NCBI RefSeq assembly: GCF_000315625.1
Contig: NW_005434567.1
Location: 132,465-196,464 of the forward strand
Source of the DNA: Guillardia theta CCMP2712
Taxonomy: Eukaryota > Protista > Cryptophyta
Direction: 5' to 3'
Length of the DNA: 64,000 bases
The stretch's first letter is position 1. Every line of letters starts with the position of its first letter. Shown in pieces: positions 1-12,203 of this stretch. The notes below the pieces were generated by a model that was not told the DNA's origin, searched no databases, and saw nothing but the letters and a program-made list of their open reading frames with translations. A program made the position numbers and the translations under genes.

Positions 1-226
1 CCTCTCTCTCTCTCCTCCTCCTCCTCCTCCCTCCTCCTCCTCCTCCTCCTCCTCCTCCTCCTCCTCCCTCCTCCTCCTCCTCCTCATCATCATCATCATC
101 ATTAGACTATCATTATCTCTATCCATCTTCGCTCTCATCCCACAAGACAATACCCCGCCAGGGCAACGCGTGCTCAATCAACCTTTTTTCATTCAAGAAG
201 CCCTCACAAACCCCCTCCCCTCCCTT

Positions 227-1205
227 CTATTGCGTCTTCTTGGCAGCAAGAGCCGAGATCAGCGCCTCGATGTCCTCCATGAAGAAGTCCTCATGGAACG
301 TCCCGTTCTCCTCGAAGTAGTCCGTCAGCTTCAGCACGGCCTTGTGCGTATCCACGACTTGCCCGCTCCCGTCCTTGACTTCCAGCGTCACCGTGTAGTT
401 GATGGAGAAGCGAGGCAGCCTGGTCGAGACCTTCACCCTCTTCTTCTGCAGTGAGTTCCAGAAAGGGCTGGTCTCGTTGGGGGGAAGCGTGTACAGGATA
501 GCGTCCTGCTCGTAGAATGTCATGATCATCTGCAGGGCAAACGACAGGAGTGCGTAGAGGACGGTGCAGACGAGGAGCAGGGGCCTGCTCTCAGGGAACG
601 GCATGGGCTTGAAAGGATTCGGCCAGAATTGAGCGATGAGCGCGAAAATGCAGGCAAGGGCTCCCATGGAGAGCTTGACGTTGCTGAGGAAGTGATCTTC
701 GCCGAACCCTGCGTCTTCGAATGACTGCAGGAAAGTCAGCGCCTGCTCCCAAGAGGAGAAAGCAGCATGAGCAGAACAGGAAGACGACATAGACACGGGT
801 TGACGGAATCAGGAGCAGCATACCTGTACAACTGCATCGTCGAGGAATCCTTTTGTCGTGGCTGTATCCCCGGGATAGACGCTCTTCACTGGGATGGTGG
901 GATCAGAGCAAGTCACATGATTTCCTCTCACGCTCAAGATGATCATCAATTGACACAATTGCAGCCAGCAACATGACAGCAAACGATAAAGAGAAGCTTC
1001 ACTTCGCTGCCTTCACTTCATTGACAGCCGACTAGCATTCTTTCGAGGTGTTAACATAAACAGGCAACCAGACATCACGAACAAGGTGACGGAGCACAAG
1101 CTGTTCACGAGCATGATTGATCTTCTTACCCATCTCCTCGTTCTCGCTCTCCTTCCCCTTTCCCTTCCCCTTCCCCTCCGCCGGCTGCCGCGTTGGCTTT
1201 CCCAT
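227..1205 (-). CDS. SPCS2: Signal peptidase complex subunit 2 (SPC25 family), 3 exons: 1205-1130, 888-824, 724-227 (~212 aa)
   Basis: GT-AG splicing joins in phase to MGKPTRQ...EEM-VKSVYPGDTATTKGFLDDAVVQ-SFEDAGFGEDHFLSNVKL. Two TM segments follow, then ...LTDYFEENGTF, the usual SPC25 layout. Confidence 0.85.
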
Positions 1206-1429
1206 GGCCTCCGCGTGTGGAAGGGGGTAGGAGGTCATCGGAAGCAATTGGGATGGGTAGGGTTTCCAAACAGGATGGTAGGGGTGGTGCAAAAATATCT
1301 TGAGTTGGATCAATAGGGGTAATGGTATGAAAATTATCGAGTCTTGCAGTAGGTAAATTGTGGTATCCTCAACAGTGTCCAAGAATGAGATGAACAAAGG
1401 GAAATGGAGGGGGTGATCCAGAGCAGAGA

Positions 1430-2780
1430 GGTGACGGTCGCCTGTCCGCAGTGCAGGCCGCCGGCGGGCCACCGCCGGCGGGCCGGGGGCCGGGCCTCGC
1501 CGCCGCGCGGAGTCGCGGCGCGGCGGCGGCCGAGACTCTGCCGAGACTCCCCGAGGCCCACGGCGGCGTCGGTCCGTACCGTTGGACGTCGGATTAGAGA
1601 CTGGAAACTCGCTCAGTGAGCCTTCGCCGGATACTACTGACAGGCCGCTGTCAGAGGCCGGTCCAATCGCGGCCACCGCTCAGCTGAGATCGGACTCGGA
1701 GCCTGTAACTGGCAACTTTCACCGTCACGTGGCCCTGAGTCACGGGGCCCGGGGCGGCCCGGGGCGTGCCGGGCGGCTGACGGTGTGGGCCCGGCCCGGG
1801 CCCCCCCGGGCCCACTGCCGTCCGCGGCCACTGTGACCGTCGCCAGTAGTCACGACGGCCCGGCGGGGCCGTGGCCGGCACTGTCACTGAGTGCCACCAG
1901 CGTCCGAGGCTCAGGGCCGAAGAACTTCAAGTGGCCCTCGGAGAGTCGGGGCCGGGAACTTGCCCGGGGGCGGGGGACTTCGGAGTCCGGAGTCCGAATT
2001 GTCGGAGTCCTGCGCGCACAGTGAGTTAAGTGAAGGTATCAGTTACGGCCAGTGAAGTTGTGGGGACAGCATTCGGAGGCTGTCAGTCACGCGGCCCACG
2101 GTCCGGTCCGAGGGTACGGTCAAGCCGCCTCGTCTCTCCTGGTGAAAAGTTGTCCTCGTACTCGCCGGGATTTTTAACTTAACTTTGAGTAACTTAGACA
2201 GCTGAGGAACCGGTGACCGTGGCACTGTGACGGGGGGGGGCCGGCGGCCGGCGCCGGGCGGCGGGCCCGGCCGCCGCCGCTCACGGCTGAGCCTGTCAGC
2301 GGCGGCTGCGCCGGCCGCTCTGGCGTCCACTGCAGTGCCTGCCAGGCCGCCGGGCTGCCGGGCGGGGAGCACTGCGCATAGCGTTGACATTTTGCTTTTT
2401 GTTCTTTAGGGTACATGGTTTACCGGCGGGGGTTGTTCCTTTGGTGTAGGCGTGTAGGGGGTGGCGTGGAGACCTGTTTCAAACGATTTCAAACTGGTTT
2501 NNNNNNNNNNNNNNNNNNNNNNNNNNNNNNNNNNNNNNNNNNNNNNNNNNNNNNNNNNNNNNNNNNNNNNNNNNNNNNNNNNNNNNNNNNNNNNNNNNNN
2601 CGTCGACGGTGGCAGTGGGCTGACCCCGGGGCCGGCCCCGACCGGCCGGGCGCCGGTTCAGTGGCTGAGTAACCGCACTGCCGCAAGTTCCGAAGTTCGG
2701 AAACTTCAGGCTTGGCCCGGGGGCCTGAGGCAGCGACTGCCGGGTCGGATTCAAAACGTGCCGTTACCATCGTAACGATC
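1430..2780. other. GC-rich, palindrome-dense intergenic island between divergent genes
   Basis: Very high GC with repeated CCCGGG, GGCC, CTGAG/CTCAG and TGAC/GTCA words. ORFs are biased to R/P/G/A with no domain. Contains an N gap at 2501-2600. Confidence 0.7.
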
Positions 2781-3492
2781 GAACTGTGTGACCTCGTGAC
2801 ACAAAAGGACAGGTAACGTGACTTTACAATCTTGCTGCGCCCGTCGCACGAGGAGTTTTGACTGTGAGACAGGATTGAATAGGATACCCACCCCATCATA
2901 AACGAGTACCTGCCGTATGATGGTAGGGTAGGCGTGGGTGTGTCATGTGACAGTCAAAAGAGTCAAGAAGTTAATGGAAGGCTCTAGAAGGGTTTAACCA
3001 GAAAGCGCTATAACTAGGTTTTTAAAGATCCGTTCCCAACGGGGATAGAATGAGGGTCATTCGGGTCATCCGACTGGCAGGGACTCCGACGGAAGGGGGA
3101 CACGAGGTTACGAAAGGGAAAAGGACAAAAGGGAAGGAGAGGAGAGACGAGTAGAGGAGAGGCAAGGAGAGGAGAGGAGAGGAGAGAAGGAGAGAGGAAA
3201 GGAGAGACGGGGTGAGGAGAGACGAGGAGAGAAGAGGCAAGGAGACAAAAATAAGCCGGACAAGCAAAGGCGAACCACGACGATTGGCTGAAAAGTTGAA
3301 ACAGAACGCAGGAAATACAATATCTCTTGTCCCACGAAGAGCAAGCAAGGGGACGACGGGGCCAATTGAATTAGGCACTCCGGCAATTTCTCTTCACAGG
3401 ACAACCTCTGCTTTGAACTGTCCTCATATAAGACGTCTTTTGGAGACGCACTGAACGCAATGTCCTCACCAACATTGCATGATACGCGCAGT

Positions 3493-3978
3493 ATGCTCCA
3501 CCCAGCAATGACAAGCAGCCCCACCAACCATCAAACCCTCACCGTCAAGATCTTCCCGCGCCGCAAGAAGGGCGAGGACGACAGCGTGCCCAGGGAGCCC
3601 ATCTACATCAGCCTGGAGCTCCTGTCGCGGTACTTCCACCTCAAGCAGGAGGAGGTGGCGAGCGCGCTGGGGGTGTCGCTGACGAGCTTCAAGGGGGCGT
3701 GCAGGCGGGTGGGGCTGAAGAAGTGGCCGTACGTGAGGAGCTACACGGAGGAGAAGGGGGGGAGCGGGGAGGAGGGGAGCAGCGAGGAGGAGGGGAGCGA
3801 GGAGGAGGGGAGCAGCGGGGAGGAGGGGAGTGGGGGCTACGAGGGGGATCTGGGCTTCTGGGGGGAGCTACTGGAGGAGGCGCTGAGGCACGTGGAGGAG
3901 TCAGGGGAGGGATCAAGGAGGAAGAGGAGAGCTATACATACATTAGGGGAGTCATGTCGTGGTGACTCGCTATTCTGA
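3493..3978 (+). CDS. RWP-RK domain transcription factor, copy 1 (start may be 3460)
   Basis: ISLELLSRYFHLKQEEVASALGVSLTSFKGACRRVGLKKWPYVR is an RWP-RK domain, followed by an acidic tail. Intronless. Confidence 0.85.
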   Translation: MLHPAMTSSPTNHQTLTVKIFPRRKKGEDDSVPREPIYISLELLSRYFHLKQEEVASALGVSLTSFKGACRRVGLKKWPYVRSYTEEKGGSGEEGSSEEEGSEEEGSSGEEGSGGYEGDLGFWGELLEEALRHVEESGEGSRRKRRAIHTLGESCRGDSLF

Positions 3979-4929
3979 TACGTATAAACTATCGTTACTT
4001 CTGTGCTTTTGTTGTTTGTCTGGAATGGCTTTTCTGGATTCAGTTTGTGCAAGCTGCAAACATGTTTGCTGTTCTTCGAAGGATTCATTGCAATTGGGCA
4101 TACAATTATGCTATTGTGTACAAATAGAAAATGTCTCTTTGTTTCGAACTACTGATGAACATTCTCGGATGTTTTGCTGGCTGTAGCTGTACATCACTGA
4201 CGTAGAGTGATAGAGTCGTCACTTCGATTCGGTACTCGGGCAATCATCAATTTCCAGTCAACAAATTTTTTATGAGTCGGATGACACAAGGAGCCTTCAG
4301 ATCAGTCTAGATGGAGGCCAATAAGGCTCCGCATGACCTCAGATAGAAGGTGGGAGGGGAGTAATCATTTTCCGTTCAACGAAAGTTTGCAGTAATCATT
4401 TTCCACTCAACTTTTTGAAACTATAATCATTTTCCATTCAAAACTCCCCGTTTTCGACCGTTACACGTATCTATAACGGTCGTAACCGTATACTTTTGCA
4501 ATCATTTTCCAATCAAAATCAACTTTCAAACTTTCAACTCTCCATTTTGGAACTTTACCCCANNNNNNNNNNNNNNNNNNNNNNNNNNNNNNNNNNNNNN
4601 NNNNNNNNNNNNNNNNNNNNNNNNNNNNNNNNNNNNNNNNNNNNNNNNNNNNNNNNNNNNNNNNNNNNNNNNNNNNNNNNNNNNNNNNNNNNNNNNNNNN
4701 NNNNNNNNNNNNNNNNNNNNNNNNNNNNNNNNNNNNNNNNNNNNNNNNNNNNNNNNNNNNGTCACATACCGCCACCACCCTTCCTCTCCCCATACAATGC
4801 TATGCCAGTACCCCCTCCCCCATATTACCTTTCAGATACAGTCAATTACACCGGTCTTCCCACATCACCACCACCCCCTTTTCCCCCCGTACCCTCCCTA
4901 GGCCCGAGTCTGTGTCATCCCCCTAGCTA

Positions 4930-5175
4930 GTGCCTTCCTCCTCGTCATCCCCTCGTACCTGCCTCCTTGTCATCACCTCGTACCGTCCTCCTCGTCATCT
5001 CCTCGTACCGTCCTCCTCGTCATCTCCTCGTACCTTCGTCCTTGGCATCTCCTCGTACCGTCCTCCTCGTCATCTCCTCGTACCGTCCTTCTCGCCATCT
5101 CCTCGTAGCGTCCTCCTTGGCATCTCCTCGTACCGTCCTCCTTGTCATCTCCTCGTACCTTCCTCCTGGTCATCC
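4930..5175. repeat. Degenerate ~24-bp tandem repeat (TCCTCCTCGTCATCTCCTCGTACCG-like) inside the MULE arm
   Basis: About 9-10 imperfect copies visible. An inverted counterpart lies at 6555-6620 next to an N gap. Confidence 0.75.
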
Positions 5176-5461
5176 CCTCATGACTTTCTCCTTCTCGTCC
5201 CCTTTCCACCTTCCTCCATGTGATGCCTTTTTCTTCATCCTGGTGAAACATTCCTCTCCTCATCCTCCTTCAAAATGATGCTAACTTATCAGTACACATA
5301 GGAACGGGTGACATTCCGACGATACGTATGGAGAATCAGTGATTGGTGTGGTGAACATGTCATCCCGTTCATATTGTATTACTATGTGCCAATATTAATT
5401 ATCTGGGTATTGACTGCCGTATATACTGCGTAATACCCTTTGTTCGAAACAGTTCAGTTCC

Positions 5462-6386
5462 TCATTTGTAACTATGCAATCCGCCATAGCACATATGACA
5501 ACACCGCATGATGTGCTGTCCGTTTGTCGTGGAATCTGCCAAGGGACCTTCAGAACTGGTCCAGTAGCTATGATAAGTCAACTTGCCTGCGTGATGGGAT
5601 AAATCAGCTGGGACCAAGGAGTATCTGAAGCAGTATATGCTGGGCATAGGACATAATTTGCTGAAATCGATGGATTGATTCCATCGATTCAACACTTGCA
5701 TCTGATGGGAGACACAACACAGTCAGACAACCGTCGATCCCGGAAGCTTACCCATGTGGTTACCTTGTCTGCCTTCCACAACTGGAAGAAGTAGCTTGAC
5801 AACACCAGTACTGGAGGGTTCCTGTCAGGTCTGATACCTGAGCTGCCCAAAACATGGGTTCTGTAGCTGAGTTCGTACGACTTCCAGTCTTCTGGAGGAC
5901 TGGAGCACCATTCGCTGAAAGGAGGACAGGTGTTAGGCCGAATCCAGAACACGAATGTATCGGCAAATCACCTTTACAATGCTTGTTGATATTCGCAATG
6001 ATATGAAATGCACAAAAGACAACATCAACGTGAGGCATGGTATCGAGTAAACCCTTCAGAATCGCTGTTCCTCGATCCGTGATAACTGTCAACTTCCCGC
6101 TGTCCTTCGATAGCCATTTACCCACAGAGGTGGTATTCAGCTGCCTCCACATGAATGCTGTGTTCTCTGCCGTTTCACCACCAATCCAAGTTCCATCTTG
6201 CTTCCAAGATGCAAACTCGGATCCCTGGACACCGTACAAGTGCATGTCAGTCAATTGCCAACGAGACACGACGCCGATCATGAGCAGGTATACCAACTGC
6301 TAAAGGTACGATGGTACCATTTCCGAATCGCGCCTCGATTATCATAGCTTTGCCGTGGTACCACCTAAACCAGTCTGCGTCACATC
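5462..6386 (-). pseudogene. Degenerate MULE transposase fragment
   Basis: DADWFRWYHGKAMIIEARFGNGTIVPLAV, GETAENTAFMWRQL and VITDRGTAILKGLLDTMPHVDVVFCAFHIIANI match the MULE DDE core with CxxH. A CxxCxxxxH knuckle (CHMCYGGLH) follows. Pieces lie in different frames with stops, and the 5' part falls in an N gap. Confidence 0.75.
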
Positions 6387-7625
6387 NNNNNNNNNNNNNN
6401 NNNNNNNNNNNNNNNNNNNNNNNNNNNNNNNNNNNNNNNNNNNNNNNNNNNNNNNNNNNNNNNNNNNNNNNNNNNNNNNNNNNNNNNNNNNNNNNNNNNN
6501 NNNNNNNNNNNNNNNNNNNNNNNNNNNNNNNNNNNNNNNNNNNNNNNNNNNNNNAGGAGGAAGGTACGAGGAGATGACAAGGAGGCAGGTACGAGGAGAT
6601 GACAAGGAGGCAGGTACTCGGCTAGGGGGGATGGTACACAGACTCGGGCCTGGGGAGGGTACGAGGGGAAAAGGGGGTGGTGGTGATCTGGGAAGACCGG
6701 TGTAATTGACTGTATGATCTGAAAGGGAATATGGGGGGAGGGGGGGTACTGGCATAGCATTGTATTGGGGGGGGAAGGGTGGTGGCGGTATGTGAGGAAC
6801 ACCGGTGTGTTTTGACTAATAGATTGCTAGTAGGGGTAGGGTGGACCACCGACCCCGACATGTGACACTAGGGTAGGGGATAGTACCGGTATTTTTGATA
6901 CCGAGTCCTGGTTATGAAGGGGGTAGCTGCTTTGGGCCTTGAGGGGTGGGTCTTGGGGAGGGGTACGAAGGGGTGTTTAAAGGGGGGTGGAGGGGTGGGG
7001 TAAAGTTACAAAATGGAGTTGGAAAATGATTACAAAAGTATACGGTTACGACCGTTATAGATACGTGTAACGGTCGAAAACGGGGAGTTTTGAATGGAAA
7101 ATGATTTATAGTTTCAAAAAGTTGAGTGGAAAATGATTACTGCAAACTTTCGTTGAATGGAAAATGATTACTCCAAAAATTTGTTGACTGGAAATTGATG
7201 ATTGCCCTTCGGTACTCTCCATTAGCATTTCCCGGAGTCCAAAGCACCGAGTCGACTCTGGCAATCTCTGAGTAATGCTGACTCACTGATGTTCGGCCCC
7301 CGGGCCGCAAGAGTTCTCAATGTCCAACCCGCCTCAGGTAGTATCATCAGTCGAGGTCATGCGACCCAATCTTGCAAAACCCCATCCGTTCATATCTCAA
7401 TCACAGAGTAGTTTTACGTAAGCCTAGTCATAGGAAATCGAAGATTCGAGAGCGTGAAGGGAAGAAAAGCCGGCCAGAACAATGAATATAAAAGACGGGA
7501 TTGGGGCATGCAACAGTAAATTGAGTAGGAGGGGAACGCAGATCGATACAAGAAAAAGGCAAGAAATACAAACAGACACAAATTCGACATTGTCAGTGCT
7601 TACAACAATGCGCAAACTACACCGT

Positions 7626-8057
7626 ATGCTCCACCCAGCAATGACAAGCAGCCCCACCAACCATCAAACCCTCACCGTCAAGATCTTCCCGCGCCGTAAG
7701 AAGGGCGAGGACGACAGCGTGCCCAGGGAGCCCATCTACATCAGCCTGGAGCTCCTGTCGCGATACTTCCACCTCAAGCAGGAGGAGGTGGCGAGCGCGC
7801 TGGGGGTGTCGCTGACGAGCTTCAAGGGGGCGTGCAGGCGGGTGGGGCTGAAGAAGTGGCCGTACGTGAGGAGCTACACGGAGGAGAAGGGGGGGAGCGG
7901 GGAGGAGGAGAGCAGCGAGGAGGAGGGGAGGGGGAGCTACGAGGGGGATCTGGGCTTCTGGGGGGAGCTACTGGAGGAGGCGCTGAGGCACGTGGAGGAG
8001 TCAGGGGAGGACTTAGGATTTGCGAAGGACACAACAATGCGGCTTCCTCGTTGTTGA
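7626..8057 (+). CDS. RWP-RK domain transcription factor, copy 2
   Basis: Nearly identical to copy 1 from MLHPAMTSS to EESGE, with a different C-terminal end. Confidence 0.85.
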   Translation: MLHPAMTSSPTNHQTLTVKIFPRRKKGEDDSVPREPIYISLELLSRYFHLKQEEVASALGVSLTSFKGACRRVGLKKWPYVRSYTEEKGGSGEEESSEEEGRGSYEGDLGFWGELLEEALRHVEESGEDLGFAKDTTMRLPRC

Positions 8058-8317
8058 ATGCGTTTGAGGTTCCTCAGGCTGAATTGTTGTATGAAATAAT
8101 AAGTTTTGTGTGCACATATACATCTTGCTGTCAAAAAAACGTTTGACATCACTGGGTCTGTTTTCATGGTGGTAGAGGTGTATGAATTTGATCGTCGCTG
8201 TCGTAACGAATGAAGCATATGATGTTCGTACAACTTACCGCGACAGGATCTCCAGGCTGATGTAGTTCTGGGTTGACTGGCTCTCAAAATAGAGTCAGGG
8301 CGGTCGTATGCATCTTT

Positions 8318-8432
8318 GATACTCGCAGTAGGGTTAGTAACGATGATGTATATGATACTCGTACGGTTCGTAACGATGTTGTATGTGATACTCGTAGGGT
8401 CCGTAACGATGATGTACTCGTACGGTTCCGAC
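8318..8432. repeat. ~32-bp imperfect tandem repeat x3 (ATACTCGTACGGTTCGTAACGATGATGTATATG-like)
   Basis: GTAACGATG(A/T)TGTA and ACTCGTA(C/G)GGT words recur three times. Confidence 0.6.
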
Positions 8433-8752
8433 GTCACGAGCACCATTGAGATTTACGGAGTTCCGAAGTCCGTGCCCTCTGTGACTGTCGTCCGACCGCC
8501 CTCGGATACCGTCGACATGCGTAAAAAAAACTATTTTCGACTATTTTGAGAGCCAGTGAACTCAGAAGCGACGAGGTTTTTGGGGGTCAGACACACTCCG
8601 AAACGTTACCACATCTCGTAAGCAAGAAACGAATCGCTCCAAGAGAGACGGTCGAATCGAAACCACTCCATTTCAGTCAGGGGTCCGCGTGACCCGCATC
8701 TCTGTTAAAACATCCATCCCAAGCCGGCCAGCCAGAGTCGACTGCTGCCGGA

Positions 8753-9211
8753 ATGACCTCCACGATCATGTACGACGTCCCGCCGCTTCCTCTCCCAACC
8801 GATCCTCACAACAGTCCAACTCTTGTGAAGATCTTCCCGCGCCGCAAGAAGGGCGAGGACGACAGCGTGCCCAGGGAGCCCATCTACATCAGCCTGGAGC
8901 TCCTGTCGCGGTACTTCCACCTCAAGCAGGAGGAGGTGGCGAGCGCGCTGGGGGTGTCGCTGACGAGCTTCAAGGGGGCGTGCAGGCGGGTGGGGCTGAA
9001 GAAGTGGCCGTACGTGAGGAGCTACACGGAGGAGAAGGGGGGGAGCGGGGAGGAGGGGAGCAGCGAGGAGGAGGGGAGGGGGAGCTACGAGGGGGATCTG
9101 GGCTTCTGGGGGGAGCTACTGGAGGAGGCGCTGAGGCATGTGGAGGAGTCAGGGGAGGGATCGAGATGGAAGAAGAGACGATTGATGAGTGTAAGCAGTT
9201 TTGTGGAGTAG
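8753..9211 (+). CDS. RWP-RK domain transcription factor, copy 3
   Basis: Same core (KIFPRRKKG...KKWPYVR...EESGEG) as copies 1 and 2, with a different N-terminus. Confidence 0.85.
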   Translation: MTSTIMYDVPPLPLPTDPHNSPTLVKIFPRRKKGEDDSVPREPIYISLELLSRYFHLKQEEVASALGVSLTSFKGACRRVGLKKWPYVRSYTEEKGGSGEEGSSEEEGRGSYEGDLGFWGELLEEALRHVEESGEGSRWKKRRLMSVSSFVE

Positions 9212-11561
9212 AACTTCCTTTTGATACGTACTTGTATAGTGTAAAAATAAACTTGGAAGGACAAACTTGGCAGATCCTTTTTTTCTGGGTTCGAGTGCAA
9301 CAGCTAAGTGGTTGAGCTTGGGTCATTTTACTGGTTTGTTTGTGACAATCTCAACATGCTGTTCCAAATCAAAGAAAGAAGGGTAAAGTGAACCATGCAG
9401 AGTAGCGCTGTTTTTTTTCCCGGCAAGCATTCATTCATTCTCTGCGAAGACCTTCAACTGGTGGTTGCGCTGCTGTTTTTCTGTCGGACTTACAGACCAT
9501 TTCCTTTCCAAATGAAGAACTTACTTGTTCAACTCGCTCACAAGATCTGCTCTTGCATTATCTTCTTTTGCGCGTTTTGCAAACACGTTGTCCGAAGCGA
9601 GGTTTCATATTTGAAGCGACCCATGTTAAACATTGCCACCACTTTGTCCGTTTACTGGTCAGCATCTAATGCATTCGATGCTTCTTGTAGGTTTGCCGCA
9701 CAAAGAATAGTTTCGTAATCTTTGAAAAAGGAACAGAACAGCAATACTTTTGATCAACTTTATCCTTCCGCACCAAAGAAATTACAAAAAGCGTTCACAG
9801 GATGTGCATCGTGATATGAACTTCCATTCACCATCTTGTCATTACTTGGTAAGATCCTGTGTCCAGTTCAGGAGTAGCCAGGTAAGGACTGACTTTCAAG
9901 CTAAGAAAGAAATCTTCTGAGGCTGCTGATTGAGCAGTTGTGTGGACTAGTAACCGTCTTTCAGCCAATCTGATGAGAAATCCTTGCACCCACATCTTGC
10001 TATTTCATTCTTGCATCTTTGTTCCCATTGAGTTGATCGGAAAATCTAACAGAACTATGTTGTACGGCTCAGTAAGATCCTCCATTGTTAATCCGGTGTC
10101 CTCTAGTTGGTCTACTTCACACGACCAGGCCGAGTCGGTGATGAAAATGAGTGTCTGTCTCGAGAATATTGAAGAGATTTCAGACCCATCCATGGTTGAG
10201 GGCAGCTCCAGTCTGGCTCAGAAGAGTTGAAGAACCGGGTGGAAGAGCAGGAAGACAGGAGAGGTGAGGAGGAGCATAATAGCAGGAGGAAACGAAAAAG
10301 AAACGAAATGAAAATGAGAGCGGCTCATTATTTTTCCACTGGAGTATGTACGGGTTCTTCTTGCATTGGAGAAAAAGGATAACAGATGTATGCCGCGTTT
10401 GAGTACCGCTTGTTGACACGAGACCCCTGTTCCCTAATGCGAGCTTCATGCAAAGTAGACTAATGATACATTTGATTGTCTTTGATGCGCCTGAGTTTAG
10501 AATGAAGGCAAGTAAGGTATATTGCTGCTTGTCATTTCCTTTAACATTCCCGGTTTGACATTTTTTTTTTGTCTGCACTTATTTTCTGTTTCCTTTCGTA
10601 GCTAGTTGGAAGTCTGCATGCGAGACCAGGTCTTGGTTATTGCTTCATCTTATACCAGTCCATTTCAGAAAGATTTCATCCTGCATCAGCAACAAGACAG
10701 GGACACCCTGACATCTGGAATGATTTGCAAGAATTTGCAGCGATCGTCACTATGCTTTCGCGCTACTATCGGAATGAGAAACGTTTCGCAATACTTTCAC
10801 TTTTGTTTCACCGATTCCGAGATTGTGGTACAGAATTTCACCTATCTGGTACCTTCTCCTCCCTGATATTTGGCTCCAAAATTTGATTTTCTCATTCAAA
10901 TTTGAGTGCACGATAAAAGGGTCAAAATTAAAGGGGCCAGCAGAAGGTTGACGTGCTCATTCCCCAAAAGACGTCTTTTGATTTTTTTCTTCTTTTCTTT
11001 TTTTGTTTTTTTTTTGCTCCCCTTTCCTTCAAAGCGGTGCTGCAAGAGGTTCGTCACATAGTAGAGATATGTTGTGTGCGCAACATAGAGCGCCGCACGT
11101 GTAGGGAATAGGGTTCATGTCCTAGCCGACAGCAGTAGTCTGTCGTGCTCGTCCTATTCTAGTAAACGCAGCAGTGATTGCTCTGGCGCTCTCAGGAAAT
11201 CGTGGTCTTGCTCAAACTCTTTAGAGAACGTATGAAAGCCATGGACATATTGAGCCCAAAAATCATGAAGATGAATTCAGGGGGCGGCAACACTATCACA
11301 GGCGGCAACACTATCACAAAACGCAGAAGAATAGCACGGAACACGAAACAAATTTGGCAATAGAGCATGGATGCCAAATCTCGTTTGGCAAGGTGGAATG
11401 ATATGTTCCGCTTATTTTTCTTCAAGAAATAAAATTGGTAGGATACGAAGCAAAGATACACATACTTCTAGTTACAACCACTTCTATTCGGATTCGCATC
11501 TCTAAATGCACATTTCTTAACATCGATGGGTCAAGCAGCTTGCTTCGTAGTACTCATCTCT

Positions 11562-12203
11562 TTATTTTCCTTGTACGTGCTCAATTACCTCGTCAAATAT
11601 AGTCTTTTCCATATACAGCTCTTCTTCGACTTTGACAACCTCGGTATGAGATGCCCTGTTTGTCTGTGATCCGTCACTTTCCTCCCAGCTATCTACAAAA
11701 TCTTTTCCCTGTACATTCCCTTCATTGGCATCAACCTCCATTGCAGAAGAGTCCCGCATTCTCCCGCGCTTGACTTTCTTTTTCTTGACCTTGGCATGAT
11801 CGCCAGTTGCTGCATCATCGCTGAGAGCATGCTGTGCAATCTCATCGCCGATCTCCCGTCTCGGCAGCTCCATGTACGAGGCTTCGTTGTCTCCTTGGTA
11901 GCGATTGTTTGAGTCATTGTCTGCTGATTCAGACCTATCAGAAGAAGAGTGATGCAGCTCTTTTTCCTCTTGCTTGCTGTTGTATTTCCTGTTGTACGGC
12001 CACCTTACGACCCCGAGACGTCTGCACGCGCCTTTGAAGCTCGTAAGCGACAAGCCTAATTGCTGGGCAGCGTCCTCCTGCTTCATCTCGAAGAAGCGAG
12101 ACACAAGTTCATACGTCAGCTCGACAGGTTCCTTGACTTCTGCCATGTCCTCTCCTCTCCTGCGCCTCGGAAACACCGAGACGCTTCCAGTTGGTTCTGT
12201 CAT
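11562..12203 (-). CDS. RWP-RK domain transcription factor, divergent copy 4
   Basis: VFPRRRRG...LTYELVSRFFEMKQEDAAQQLGLSLTSFKGACRRLGVVRWPYNRK. ATG at 12203. Confidence 0.85.
   Translation of the reverse strand: MTEPTGSVSVFPRRRRGEDMAEVKEPVELTYELVSRFFEMKQEDAAQQLGLSLTSFKGACRRLGVVRWPYNRKYNSKQEEKELHHSSSDRSESADNDSNNRYQGDNEASYMELPRREIGDEIAQHALSDDAATGDHAKVKKKKVKRGRMRDSSAMEVDANEGNVQGKDFVDSWEESDGSQTNRASHTEVVKVEEELYMEKTIFDEVIEHVQGK

Larger units (their letters stand above)
4238..7207. mobile_element. Mutator-like (MULE) DNA transposon with long TIRs and a 10-bp TSD
   Basis: Ends are GGGCAATCATCAATTTCCAGTCAACAAATTTTT and its reverse complement. Inverted homology extends several hundred bp (4360-4500 vs 7030-7172; 4761-4990 vs 6555-6795). 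TTCGGTACTC is duplicated at 4228-4237 and 7208-7217. An internal transposase remnant is present. Confidence 0.9.

Noticed and set aside
1334-2416. Many R/P/G/A-rich ORFs in the GC islands (also 22164-23316, 31820-32584, 44110-45249, 61879-62434)
   Set aside because: They are open only because high GC suppresses stop codons. They have no domains and overlap in all frames.
11283-11318. 18-bp direct duplication GGCGGCAACACTATCACA
   Set aside because: Simple tandem duplication with nothing between the copies, so not a TSD.
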